Virus record (IMG/VR): IMGVR_UViG_3300031992_000072
Coordinates: 16,402-80,401 of that record
Strand: one strand, 5' to 3'
Length of the DNA: 64,000 bases
Source: a virus
Taxonomy: Duplodnaviria; Caudoviricetes
Positions 17,863-27,280 of this stretch are shown here, one piece after another. Numbering within the stretch: the first letter of the stretch is position 1; the number at the start of each line of letters is the position of its first letter. The translations under genes were made by a program, and so were the position numbers. The notes beneath the pieces are model-generated. The model saw only the letters and a list, made by a program, of their open reading frames with translations. It was not told the origin of the DNA and searched no databases.

Positions 17863-18084
17863 TCATAACGGAAGTTCATCTGTTATTTCATAATCTTCAA
17901 GACCTTCGAAAGGAACATCTTCTTCCTTGAACATTTCATCCGGATAGATCCAGTAGTTGTCTTCGTCATCTACGTCTTCATAAAGAAACATTCCGTGTTT
18001 CATAAATTCATCTGCTTCTTCTTCATTCTCAAACTGAGCAAGCAGAATCGTTGTACCACAATAATGAGCACAAACTTTAACCAT
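17863..18084 (-). CDS. Acidic hypothetical protein
   Basis: 73-aa ORF with RBS. Confidence 0.6.
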   Translation of the reverse strand: MVKVCAHYCGTTILLAQFENEEEADEFMKHGMFLYEDVDDEDNYWIYPDEMFKEEDVPFEGLEDYEITDELPL

Positions 18085-18085
18085 T

Positions 18086-18397
18086 TCAGTCCTCCAGCAA
18101 ACTTAATACGTCTTCTTCTTTTACATCCGGACAGATAGCATTAAACATCCGTTCATTGTTTTTGTACCATTGACTTAATTCAAAATGCCACCAGTAATAA
18201 TTATCAATACTGTAGCATTTGTAATCATCATTCACGTGCTCTTCAATAAACTCAAGTATATAAACAGTATCACCTTTAACTGTTAAAGTATCTTTTATCT
18301 TGCAGATACTGCCTTCCCAATGGTTTGCAACTTTTGTATATTCATTTTCAGTCGTTGAAGGCAGAATTCTGACTATATCGCCAATTGAGTATGGCAT
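18086..18397 (-). CDS. Hypothetical SH3/KOW-like protein
   Basis: Start reset to ATG 18397 (GGAGG RBS); YSIGDIVRI. Confidence 0.6.
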   Translation of the reverse strand: MPYSIGDIVRILPSTTENEYTKVANHWEGSICKIKDTLTVKGDTVYILEFIEEHVNDDYKCYSIDNYYWWHFELSQWYKNNERMFNAICPDVKEEDVLSLLED

Positions 18398-18437
18398 ACG
18401 AAGCCTCCGGGAATGAGTATAGTAAGAAAAACAAAAA

Positions 18438-18484
18438 TCATAGTATTTGCCGGAGTTTACGACGGCAGGCATATGAAACTATAT
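18438..18484 (-). promoter_or_regulatory. Stem-loop motif B, copy 2
   Basis: TGCCG-GAGTTTACGA-CGGCA (plus strand). Confidence 0.55.
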
Positions 18485-18879
18485 CAAAACGGGACTTCAA
18501 GAACATGCTTCAGAAAACATTCATCTTCAAGTTCATTATCCACTGCTTTGCTAAGCAGGTCATAATAAACAAGATTGATGTCTCCATTTTCATCGTGAAT
18601 CTTTTCATATGCATGAGACGGAAGAAAATACTCCAACGCATCAAGAATAGTATCAAAAGGTTCGCCATCTTCGCCAAACAAAACATTTGCCTGCTGAAGT
18701 TTTCTGTACTCATGAATAAATTTCAGCTGAAAATCTTCACTCCATGAAAGAAACTCTTTCTGGCACTGATTTTCTGTTTCAATCCTTAATTTTCTGGAAG
18801 TTTCCAGAGGACATTCTTTATCCAGTTCACATGGACGACCCAACTCATCCGCATAAGAACAAATTTTACAGTCTTTCAT
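18484..18879 (-). CDS. Hypothetical protein
   Basis: 131-aa ORF, coupled. Confidence 0.7.
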   Translation of the reverse strand: MKDCKICSYADELGRPCELDKECPLETSRKLRIETENQCQKEFLSWSEDFQLKFIHEYRKLQQANVLFGEDGEPFDTILDALEYFLPSHAYEKIHDENGDINLVYYDLLSKAVDNELEDECFLKHVLEVPF

Positions 18880-19112
18880 TCAAGAATCCTCCCAAATCTA
18901 GGATAGCCTTCTGATCTGAACTCAGAAAGCTGTTCAACATACTGCATAGAGCCACTTAGAACCTGAAGATTTTCCGCAGCTGCGATAATCGTAGCCATAG
19001 CGAGATCATCCAAATTGCGGTCAAGATAACCTTTTGTAAAGTCTACTACATCGTTTAAATATTTGCGTCTGTCTTCTTTTAAACATCTCAGCGCTTCTTT
19101 TTCATCAAACAT
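18876..19112 (-). CDS. Hypothetical protein
   Basis: 78-aa ORF, coupled. Confidence 0.65.
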   Translation of the reverse strand: MFDEKEALRCLKEDRRKYLNDVVDFTKGYLDRNLDDLAMATIIAAAENLQVLSGSMQYVEQLSEFRSEGYPRFGRILE

Positions 19113-19116
19113 ATCG

Positions 19117-19566
19117 TCACCTCAGGCTGACAATCACAACCTTATTCGGAATTTCCTTGGAGAAGTCTTCCAGCATTCCCTGAATAAGGTTCCAGTCGCC
19201 TCCCGCCAATCCACAGCCAATCGCATACGGAAAAGCAATCGGCACTTCAGGAAGAATGTGATGTTCAGCTACAAGCCGAATAATCTTTCCAAGACAGGTT
19301 TTAAAAGCTACATAGTCAGTATATCGCCTGTCTTTACCGAATCCGTCCTGAGCGTACATGTTGATACAGATTCTGCCATCAGTCGTGAACACAGGAAGAA
19401 TATTACCTAGTTTTGCAGGCTCATGTTTGTACTCCCTGTAAACTTCAGGGTATGCATTGCGAATCTGTTTTGCAAGTCCGGCACCCATTACCTGTTTGCA
19501 GTTTACCTGCTGGCAGAAGACAGGGTATCTTCCAGCAACAATGTCGCCTTTTTCAAAATACAGCAT
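19117..19566 (-). CDS. Macrodomain protein (ADP-ribose processing)
   Basis: CQQVNC..VMGAGLAKQI and IAFPYAIGCGLAGGDW. Confidence 0.9.
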   Translation of the reverse strand: MLYFEKGDIVAGRYPVFCQQVNCKQVMGAGLAKQIRNAYPEVYREYKHEPAKLGNILPVFTTDGRICINMYAQDGFGKDRRYTDYVAFKTCLGKIIRLVAEHHILPEVPIAFPYAIGCGLAGGDWNLIQGMLEDFSKEIPNKVVIVSLR

Positions 19567-19913
19567 TATATTTCTCCAAACAAATCCGTAAATTCATTTT
19601 CCTCGATAGTAAGTTTTTTTCCGATGAAATCTTCAAGATCAACAATTTCACCATGCTTATACAATTGCGGGTTAAGAGTCCAACAATCAGATTTTCTTGG
19701 ATTGGTACCACCAATATAGCTGCATCCGTTTGCGCTACAGCGCAGCCAAAGTTCTTCGTAACCTCTTAAAGCGCTTAGCATAACTCCACTGTCCAGTTCA
19801 TCTCCTGAACAGAATTTAATGCCAGGAATTTCTTCCTGGAACACATTAAGCAACGGAATATCATCTGTTGTTATATGAATCCAGATCTTTCCTTCTAAAA
19901 ACTGATCTTTCAT
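19566..19913 (-). CDS. Hypothetical protein, FxIRI/SGD paralog family
   Basis: EGKIWIHI..FCSGD. Confidence 0.7.
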   Translation of the reverse strand: MKDQFLEGKIWIHITTDDIPLLNVFQEEIPGIKFCSGDELDSGVMLSALRGYEELWLRCSANGCSYIGGTNPRKSDCWTLNPQLYKHGEIVDLEDFIGKKLTIEENEFTDLFGEI

Positions 19914-20052
19914 TTCCAGTCACTTTCTTTCAGGTTATTGATAATTTCATACAAAATGAACACAATCAGACCTAGAACAACCAAAGCATAAATAACTCCG
20001 GCAAAATCTGCTATCCATCTGTAAATCATACTTTTAGTCATAAGAGACATTT

Positions 20053-20271
20053 TCAGTCACTCCTTCTGTCCCAGAGATTCCAGACGTCTTCTTCGTTCGC
20101 CGTATGTTTTTTGTCCAGCCCGAAGGTAAACAGACCATGAGTTCTGCAGAAGCACTTAGTGCACCGGATATAGCCAACAATACATTGCTCAAAAGGAGTG
20201 ATATCTTCAAGCTCCTCGAAGTATTCAGGTTCTCCGCCACAGAAAGGACACAATTTATGCATACCAGTCAC
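20053..20271 (-). CDS. Lar-like restriction-alleviation Zn-finger protein
   Basis: CPFCGG..CTKC..WNLWDRR pattern. Confidence 0.65.
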   Translation of the reverse strand: MTGMHKLCPFCGGEPEYFEELEDITPFEQCIVGYIRCTKCFCRTHGLFTFGLDKKHTANEEDVWNLWDRRSD

Positions 20272-20441
20272 TCCTTTGTTAATGAGTTTAGCAATTTTAC
20301 ATATTCATTTACTGGTTTTTGTTTTCTTTCGTGCCAGTATTTCCTTGCCAATTCCAGTCGGTGAACAACCTGACAGTCACGGCAGCGCTTTTGTTTAGGA
20401 TTAATTCTTGGAATTTCCCTGTTGCAATCAACACATTTCAT
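20268..20441 (-). CDS. Small Zn-ribbon protein
   Basis: MKCVDC..KQKRCRDC; start reset to 20441. Confidence 0.55.
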   Translation of the reverse strand: MKCVDCNREIPRINPKQKRCRDCQVVHRLELARKYWHERKQKPVNEYVKLLNSLTKE

Positions 20442-20754
20442 ACAAACTCTCCAGTTCATCATCCTGAATTTCAAAATTCTTATCAAAAGAATTCAGAAAA
20501 TCAGTCACTGAAATAAACGGAACAGTTGGTTCTAATGCTGTATAAGTTACCGAACAAGGTCCAACTCTTTCTGTGTTATTATGGAGATAAATTGCAGTGT
20601 ATTTATTCATGGCTTCATCAAAGGAAAGCGTATCATCAATAGGACATCCGTCAACAAAACAAACAGGAAGCACTTTCGCAAGTTCAGTCATCAGATTCCT
20701 GTCATCCTCTGTTACTTTGACATAAAGATATTCTTTCAGAAACTTTTCAAGCAT
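20428..20754 (-). CDS. Hypothetical protein, FxIRI-like paralog
   Basis: FLKEYLYVKVTEDD resembles the N-terminus of 20747-21079. Confidence 0.65.
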   Translation of the reverse strand: MLEKFLKEYLYVKVTEDDRNLMTELAKVLPVCFVDGCPIDDTLSFDEAMNKYTAIYLHNNTERVGPCSVTYTALEPTVPFISVTDFLNSFDKNFEIQDDELESLYEMC

Positions 20755-21079
20755 CGAACATCCCTACCAGTTCGTCTTCTTCGATTATTATCGGTTTGTA
20801 GTCAAGGAATTCTTTCAGGTCAACATATGTCGCATTACCGATCTGACTTCTAAGCTTATAATGAATTCCGGTCGGACAAAAGTTATTTTTTTCACCACTT
20901 GGTTTTATAAAAATCTCCCTATAAGCATCGAGGTATTGTTCAGTCGTGGCGCTGTTCAGCCTGTCGCCGCTGTTCCATCTAAGATTTACTTTCAGCGCAA
21001 GAGCATTAAGAAGATCTTTATCGTCTTTTGTGATACGGATAAAGAATTCACGATCCAAAAAACTGTCAAGCATTGTCAT
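20747..21079 (-). CDS. Hypothetical protein, FxIRI/SGD paralog family
   Basis: FFIRITKDD..RWNSGD. Confidence 0.7.
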   Translation of the reverse strand: MTMLDSFLDREFFIRITKDDKDLLNALALKVNLRWNSGDRLNSATTEQYLDAYREIFIKPSGEKNNFCPTGIHYKLRSQIGNATYVDLKEFLDYKPIIIEEDELVGMFDA

Positions 21080-21302
21080 ACATCTCCATTAATCTTTTTC
21101 TGATCCAGTCCAGTCGGTCAGATCTTGTTTCGTATACTTCTTTTTCATAGTATTTTGATTCATCATGGTTTCTCATAGCCATAGCCTGACCATAAGAATA
21201 GGCGTCGCATTTCAGCCAGTAGAGTTCTTCCGGAAGAACATCGTTTACCAATTTCTCAAAAGAGTCTTTTTCATGCATTTCAATCCAGTCTTCAGTTTTC
21301 AT
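21066..21302 (-). CDS. Hypothetical protein
   Basis: 78-aa ORF, coupled. Confidence 0.6.
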   Translation of the reverse strand: MKTEDWIEMHEKDSFEKLVNDVLPEELYWLKCDAYSYGQAMAMRNHDESKYYEKEVYETRSDRLDWIRKRLMEMYDNA

Positions 21303-21553
21303 ATTCCTCCAAAGAGTTCATTGAACTCATCTGTTCCGATAGTAACATCATTCACAGGTTCCAGCCAGTCTTCCCGCCAGAACCATACGCCGTTATCTTC
21401 TTTTAATTTATAAGTCGGATAAAGTTTATCCCAGGATGCTTCAGTACAGACATTAACAGTCGCTTCGGTTCCAACCATTTTCTGCATTTCCGGCACATGA
21501 TCTGTACATTCACGAATAAACACTTTATCATTAACATTAAATTTATGTTCCAT
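21299..21553 (-). CDS. Hypothetical SH3/KOW-like protein
   Basis: Start reset to 21553 (GGAGG); FNVNDKV..WLEPV. Confidence 0.65.
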   Translation of the reverse strand: MEHKFNVNDKVFIRECTDHVPEMQKMVGTEATVNVCTEASWDKLYPTYKLKEDNGVWFWREDWLEPVNDVTIGTDEFNELFGGI

Positions 21554-21599
21554 AAAGCTTCTTCCTCCTTCTACAATAATCTTCATTTCATTCACTCTT

Positions 21600-22200
21600 T
21601 CATGTTAATTATTTCTTTAGTAATAAATAATCTATATTTACTAGCAGTAATTGCTATAGCAGTAACTGTATTTATAGAGTAATAAGAATATAAACTTTAG
21701 TAATCAGTATATATTCTAAGAGAGCTTTCTCTATTAAAAAGAGAAAGCTCTCTCTTATAAGGCTTTAGTAATTTATAGAATTGTAGATATAAGAATATAA
21801 ACTTCAGTCATTCTATAAGGTAATCAGAATATATATAAACCAGTATATAAAAAGCATATAAGAAGTGTATAAAGCATATAGAATTAGTGTAAAAAGCATA
21901 TAGAATAAAAAGAATATAGTGTAAAAGGTAAAAAGTATATAGAATTATTCTATTCTATAGATTAACCACCCTATAAGAATAATATACCTTAAATATACAC
22001 CATTCTATAAAGTAATCACCCTAATACAGATTAACCAGAATATAAGGTAATTACCATTCTATAAATAATTACCACATATAAAAAAATATCTATAAATAAT
22101 AAATCACCTATAGATAATTCATTTATATTCTTTAGTAATTACTTTTAAAGTAATTAATTCTTTATATATTATATATATTATATATATAAGAAGAAACTTT
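21600..22200. repeat. Very AT-rich non-coding region with short direct repeats (candidate replication origin)
   Basis: Repeats of AAAGCATATA(A)GAA, CATTCTATAA and ATAAGAATATA; perfect 14-bp inverted repeat at about 21719-21753; no ORF of 60 aa or more. Confidence 0.55.
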
Positions 22201-22205
22201 TCAGA

Positions 22206-22406
22206 TTATTCACTGAAGACAGAGAGAATTTCCTTGTCAGTCACGTCTATTGGTTTAAAAAGATTATTGTATGCAGCAATAACTCTGTCTTTTTCCTCGT
22301 TAGTATAGTTGCATGACGGATTGCAGTATTTTAAAGGACAACCTTTCCTGTCACTGCACGTATCGTACAGACGACAGATAGCTGCATGCATTTCACTGAC
22401 AGTCAT
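22206..22406 (-). CDS. Cys-containing hypothetical protein
   Basis: Start reset to 22406 (AAGGAG). Confidence 0.55.
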   Translation of the reverse strand: MTVSEMHAAICRLYDTCSDRKGCPLKYCNPSCNYTNEEKDRVIAAYNNLFKPIDVTDKEILSVFSE

Positions 22407-22647
22407 CCTGTTTCTCCTTCCGTTCATCAAGCTGCTTGTCAGTCGGGAACGGAGCAGCGCATTCAGTATATTCAGGACAGTCACTGCAGAATACATAATC
22501 CTTACAGCTCATTCTTACACCTCTTTCGATTATATACCTTGGCAGAAGGCTTGGTACGGGTCACAGGAGAGAATTCCCATGCAACACGCTTTTTGCTGTT
22601 AGCAAGTTTCCTGTCTTTCTTGGACATTTTGTTATAAGAAGTAAATT

Positions 22648-22950
22648 TCATTTCATTTCCTTTCTCAGCAATGCCAGCCGCTCTGCTCTGGCCTGTCGCT
22701 CTTCTTCTGTGCAGACCTTTATCTTGCGAGGGTATATCCCTACAGCTTTAGGGTGCACAGAGAATGTCATGCTGTATTTATCTTCTTTAACCAGTCGGCA
22801 GAGATCAGGTCGCTGATGCGACAGCTTCTCGTACCTCTTCATGATAATCTTGTCAGTCGTGTATAGCTCTGCCCATACGTCAGGACGGAACTTGGGATAA
22901 TTAATAACTGTTTCAGTGTCTTCTTCAGCCATTACAACTTTTTCAATCAC
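22648..22950 (-). CDS. Hypothetical protein
   Basis: 100-aa ORF with AGGAGG. Confidence 0.7.
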   Translation of the reverse strand: MIEKVVMAEEDTETVINYPKFRPDVWAELYTTDKIIMKRYEKLSHQRPDLCRLVKEDKYSMTFSVHPKAVGIYPRKIKVCTEEERQARAERLALLRKEMK

Positions 22951-23155
22951 GGTTGCTCTCCTCCTGTGTTCTTTGCTTAATCCAGCCTGTAACTCAGGCA
23001 GTCCTGAAGATATCCTGTAGCGAGTATGATAAAATACCCATCCGGAAAAAATAAACCTTCAGGAAGCCGTATTTCAGGGGATAAAAAAATAAAGCCGGTA
23101 AACCGCAGGTATGTAAACTGGCTGTATGCTCTCACTGCATCTAATTGAACATACA

Positions 23156-23293
23156 TTATTTATGTATCTCTGATCTGCTCACATAGATTTTTTCGGTTCC
23201 TCCGGTTTCTGTCATGCGGTACATTCCATCCGCTGTAAGGAACACAGGATAATCTTTTTCATTGACGGTAATAAATCCGATATGAATAACCAT
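23156..23293 (-). CDS. Small hypothetical protein
   Basis: ATG at 23293 after AAGGAGG, 45 aa. Confidence 0.45.
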   Translation of the reverse strand: MVIHIGFITVNEKDYPVFLTADGMYRMTETGGTEKIYVSRSEIHK

Positions 23294-23460
23294 TTTCTTA
23301 ATCCTCCTTACGTCACCAGTCGTGGAGCTAGAAAAGAGGCGAACCCGTTGTGTGCGTAATAGGCAGTCATTCCGTTCCGCATTCACCGATTCCTTTTTAG
23401 TGTCCTCTACCAGCACCTGACTGTGATGCAGATAAAGCCCGACGCTATTATTTCAGTTCC

Positions 23461-23514
23461 TCTTCTCCTTTACGGTACATTTCGCTTGTCCTCAAAGTTA
23501 GGTACCTAACGAAA
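23461..23514 (-). promoter_or_regulatory. Motif A, copy 3
   Basis: GTTAGGTACCTAAC (perfect palindrome) then TTTGAGGACAAGCGAAATGTACCGTAAAGGAGA. Confidence 0.6.
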
Positions 23515-23602
23515 TGCACTGTAAAAGAGGAGGGTTCAAGTATGGAACCCTCAAAAAAACAGGAGCCTGATTTAGTCACCAGGCTCCTGTGTAAAGTCGG
23601 AA

Positions 23603-23986
23603 TTACTTTTCCGGGAAGGGCAGCTCGTTCTCCAGGGCAGGAGCTTCAGCAGGAGCTTCCACCTCACCAGCCTCATTGGCGGTGATGAAGGTCACCTGCG
23701 GATTGCTCATCTCGAGCTGGCAGGCGGGCTGACCGTTCTTGTCGATGTACGCACGACCGTACACACGACCGACCAGCTGAATCGGGCGACCCTTGGTCAG
23801 GTACTGCGCCAGCTTGGCACCCCGGTCACGCCAGATGCTGATCCGGTAGAACTGGGTCTTCCGGGAGCCATCAGAACCCTGATAGTTCTCCGCGACGTTG
23901 AAGTCGGTCACCAGCACAGCGGCACCGCCGACCATAACAGTGCGGGTTTCAGCAGCCTTAGAAATGTTTCCAACGAAAGTAGTCAT
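23603..23986 (-). CDS. ssb: Second SSB-like OB-fold protein (SSB-2)
   Basis: FVGNISK, DFNVAEN, FYRISIW, LTKGRPIQLVGR; tail ELPFPEK; start reset to 23986. Confidence 0.8.
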   Translation of the reverse strand: MTTFVGNISKAAETRTVMVGGAAVLVTDFNVAENYQGSDGSRKTQFYRISIWRDRGAKLAQYLTKGRPIQLVGRVYGRAYIDKNGQPACQLEMSNPQVTFITANEAGEVEAPAEAPALENELPFPEK

Positions 23987-24242
23987 AATCAAATACCTCC
24001 AATAATTTCTTTTGTAGATTAATTTCTGTCGTACAAGCCGTATCTCACGCCTTGTGGAGTCATACTGTTCTGCCCGTATGCGACACCCGTTTGTTTCGAG
24101 TCGGGACTTCTCTATCCGACGGCGGTATTTAGTGTGGGTATCGGACGCCACATATATGTTAAAACGGATTCAGGAACGAATCCTAAATCCGTCATCACCC
24201 GACCTGCCCGACGTAAGGAGGGCATTAGCAGTCAGGGAGAAA

Positions 24243-24497
24243 TCAAGTATGGTTTTCGATCTGCTGGACAGCCCTTCCGTTTTCTTTCAGGCGGTCCATA
24301 AAAGGTTGACCAATGGGCACTCGCTGTTTACGTGCAGGAGGAGCCACATAGCCAACACCTTTAGAGGCTGCGTCCAGTCTTATCTGGTATTGGAGTTCGG
24401 AAATAATCCTGTCATTGTATCTATCGGAAATAATCTTGCCAGCCGAAAATGACAGGACAATCAGAATAAGGGCAATTAAGGCTTCAATTGTTAGCAT
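24243..24497 (-). CDS. Membrane-anchored hypothetical protein
   Basis: Hydrophobic N-terminus; AGGAG RBS. Confidence 0.6.
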   Translation of the reverse strand: MLTIEALIALILIVLSFSAGKIISDRYNDRIISELQYQIRLDAASKGVGYVAPPARKQRVPIGQPFMDRLKENGRAVQQIENHT

Positions 24498-24607
24498 ATT
24501 CAGCTTCTCCTTTTAAGACCCAGTCTTCCGGAATTTCCTGATGTTCGTTCATGTATTTACACAGTTCCTCAACTTCCTCATCTGTGTAGTCGGGGAACAT
24601 GTCTTCG

Positions 24608-25063
24608 TCAACGGAGAAGTTCATGGCGAGCCTTCACCCTCTCCTCGTTAGCAATCTTATTGGCACGCTCGTTGAGTTCGTCGCCGGAATGTCCCTTGAC
24701 TTTGACGAACCTTACGGTATGCTTGCCTTTGGAGACCTTGCAGATGAATTCCATCCACAGGTCTTCATTATCCCTTCCTTTGAACCAGGAGACCTTTCTC
24801 TTGGAACCGTCTTTGTTCCGACCGAGGGCGCAGTCGATGATGTACCTGGAATCCGTGTAGAAAGTAATTTCACACGGTTTCTTCTGGTACTTGTCAATCC
24901 AGTCAATCGTGGAAATCATCGGCTGGAGTTCCATGCGGTTATTGGTCGTGCTTTTGTAGTGCCCCCGAAGCACCCTTTCCTGTCCGTTGCACTGAAGGAT
25001 AGCTGCGTATCCGCCAACGCCAGGGTTGGAGCAGGAGCCATCCGTATAAGCGATGATATGCAT
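24608..25063 (-). CDS. rnhA: Ribonuclease HI
   Basis: YTDGSC, TTNNRMEL, TDSRY, VKGHSG, NERAN motifs. Confidence 0.93.
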   Translation of the reverse strand: MHIIAYTDGSCSNPGVGGYAAILQCNGQERVLRGHYKSTTNNRMELQPMISTIDWIDKYQKKPCEITFYTDSRYIIDCALGRNKDGSKRKVSWFKGRDNEDLWMEFICKVSKGKHTVRFVKVKGHSGDELNERANKIANEERVKARHELLR

Positions 25064-25151
25064 TTTTATTCTCCTTTCATGTATAAATCAAGTAAATTTC
25101 AAGGATATTGAAATGTGCAATAACCTTTTCTTTGAATTTTGCGTTCCGATC

Positions 25152-25547
25152 TTAGAGCCAGCTGTAGTAAGGATGCTTATTGTCGTAATCTATAACATCC
25201 TTTATAACGTTTGCATCTGATTGGTCGTATGGGCTGAAATATTCAGCGACTTTATATGCATTGATCTTATTCAGGCTTTTATCGACAAACCACAGTTCCG
25301 CAGTATGGTTATGGTATTCCGTGTCAGAGTCGTCGTTTATCCATTCTTTGAAATGCTTGATAGGAGTCGTGCAACTAGTAGGAGTGTTGTCATTTAGAAA
25401 GAATGTTGTATCAACAAGTTCGTCATTCCACCACTCGTCGTCGTGGTATTCATCAGACAGGTCCCAGAACCCATGCCACATGTAGAGAACGTAATATCCA
25501 GGATGGTTATAATCTTTTTCAATTGAGCGCTTTTTCTTTTCAGTCAT
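25152..25547 (-). CDS. Hypothetical protein
   Basis: Start reset to ATG 25547. Confidence 0.65.
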   Translation of the reverse strand: MTEKKKRSIEKDYNHPGYYVLYMWHGFWDLSDEYHDDEWWNDELVDTTFFLNDNTPTSCTTPIKHFKEWINDDSDTEYHNHTAELWFVDKSLNKINAYKVAEYFSPYDQSDANVIKDVIDYDNKHPYYSWL

Positions 25548-25775
25548 AGTGCTCTTCCTTTCATTTCGTTCCGTCGGCTGGGCTTGCGGTTTCCAGCCTG
25601 CACGTTCTACTGGGCATATAGCCCAGCCCGCTCCGTGAGACGGAGTGTTCAATATACCAAGGCACAGATATGCACCGTCATGTTTAAGCCCAAGTGTGGG
25701 CGGACGGCTGAAGTCCAGTTTTGATACCCTGTCAGACTTCTTTTTAAACAGGGAGTCGTCGTATTAGCCCGAAGG

Positions 25776-25949
25776 CTACCCTGGCTTCCACCAGTCAGTT
25801 GACGGAATATCAATGGAGGACGGACGGATTTCCGCCTCCGGAATGGAGCAAACTACGCTCCGCTGATGCGCAATCTCTTTTTCGATCTTACGCATATGTC
25901 TTTCCAGCTCGCTGTACACTTCGTACATTGTTCTGTAGTAGCTGTGCAT
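25776..25949 (-). CDS. Small hypothetical protein
   Basis: ATG at 25949 after AAGGAG. Confidence 0.5.
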   Translation of the reverse strand: MHSYYRTMYEVYSELERHMRKIEKEIAHQRSVVCSIPEAEIRPSSIDIPSTDWWKPG

Positions 25950-26307
25950 AGTCTGTCTCCTTTCGTAACATGTTGAGGGCTGATTATGGCTCAACCCTGG
26001 AAGCCATGATAGCGAGGTTGGGGCTGGTTTCCCACGCCAGCCCCGTAGAAAGGAGGAGTCCCATGAAGATCAGACGCTTTAAGTCTGTTGATCAGCAATA
26101 TCCGCCGGGCGTCCTTTTCCCAGCGGACCAAACAGGACAAGACACTTCATGCTGGCAACAATCCATATCTTGTAGCTGTCTGTAGGACAAGAAGGTATGC
26201 GTCTTTGCCAATCGGCATACTTTCACCTACAGCGCTTCCCTGTGTATTCAATTCTGCACTCACCGCCAGCGCAAAGCAGTAGCCCGAGTGCAGCACAGAA
26301 TATACAA

Positions 26308-26559
26308 TTAAGCAGGCATCGGAGCGTAGAATTCCTTCACGCTCTTCTTCGCCTTTGCCAGGAACACGTTCTTTTCGTGGATGTACTCGATAAGCTCATC
26401 CACCCGCTCGTGTTCCTTCTTGGTCAAGGGACGGGTCTTAGCCAGGGCGTCCCACTGTTCGCTTTCCTTCACAGCGGACGCCATGAATGTCTCAACCAGA
26501 ACGATCTGGTTCTTCAGGAGTTCAATCTCCTGAGCGTGGTTCAGTTTCCGTGTAGTCAT
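26308..26559 (-). CDS. Helical hypothetical protein
   Basis: AAGGAGG RBS; 83 aa. Confidence 0.7.
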   Translation of the reverse strand: MTTRKLNHAQEIELLKNQIVLVETFMASAVKESEQWDALAKTRPLTKKEHERVDELIEYIHEKNVFLAKAKKSVKEFYAPMPA

Positions 26560-26589
26560 GGCAATACCTCCTTAAAGTTTGGGCTTTGA

Positions 26590-27280
26590 TGCCCACCCGA
26601 GCTGTCCGACGTAAGTCGGACTTATGACGCTGGAAAGAACGCTGATTGGGCCGTCAAGCATGCCCAGGCTCCATACTGCAAACTGACGAGCGTTTAGCAT
26701 GGTTAGCTCAGAGTGGGGCGTTCTTCTTGGTCCTCGACCTTCCCCTTGCCGAGTCTCATACGGTTCTTTCTATGAGCCGAAAAGTTCAGGTTTGATTCCG
26801 CAGGTTCCATCTGCGTAGCGGTTTAACGTCATGCTGGCTGGACGGATGATCGCAACTGTCCCCGGTTTTACATCAGCCCGTGCTATCGGCTGAACCCGAC
26901 CCTTTAACGTCTGGGCTTCGACGGATATGCTTGCTGTGTTTCACATTTCTCGCACCCCGCAAGCACGGGCCGTGTGCCGGACTACGCCAGATCCGGAGAG
27001 TGGGATTACTACGTTCCCCAACGGAAGACTTGTTGTCTTCACCCGACCTGTCCGACGTCAGGAGGACATCACGAGATGCATCGAAGAACTGCATGGGGAG
27101 GAACATTGCAGTTGCTTACGTTGCCGTTTTGAAGCATTGTTGCTTATGTTCTGCTTATCATGTCAGCAGAGTACTCGTTTGGATGTTCGGAGCGTCGGGG
27201 AGCGGAGCGAAAAAATCCCCCCGCCTAAAAATGGGAGCCGCCCCCATCGCCACAAAGAATGCCGTAGCATTCTCGTAGGC
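26590..27280 (-). ncRNA. Candidate large structured ncRNA
   Basis: About 690 nt, GC-rich, no RBS-supported ORF; many hairpins (GTCCGAC-TTAC-GTCGGAC, GAAGAC/GTCTTC, CGCAG/CTGCG, CTCATA/TATGAG). Confidence 0.4.
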
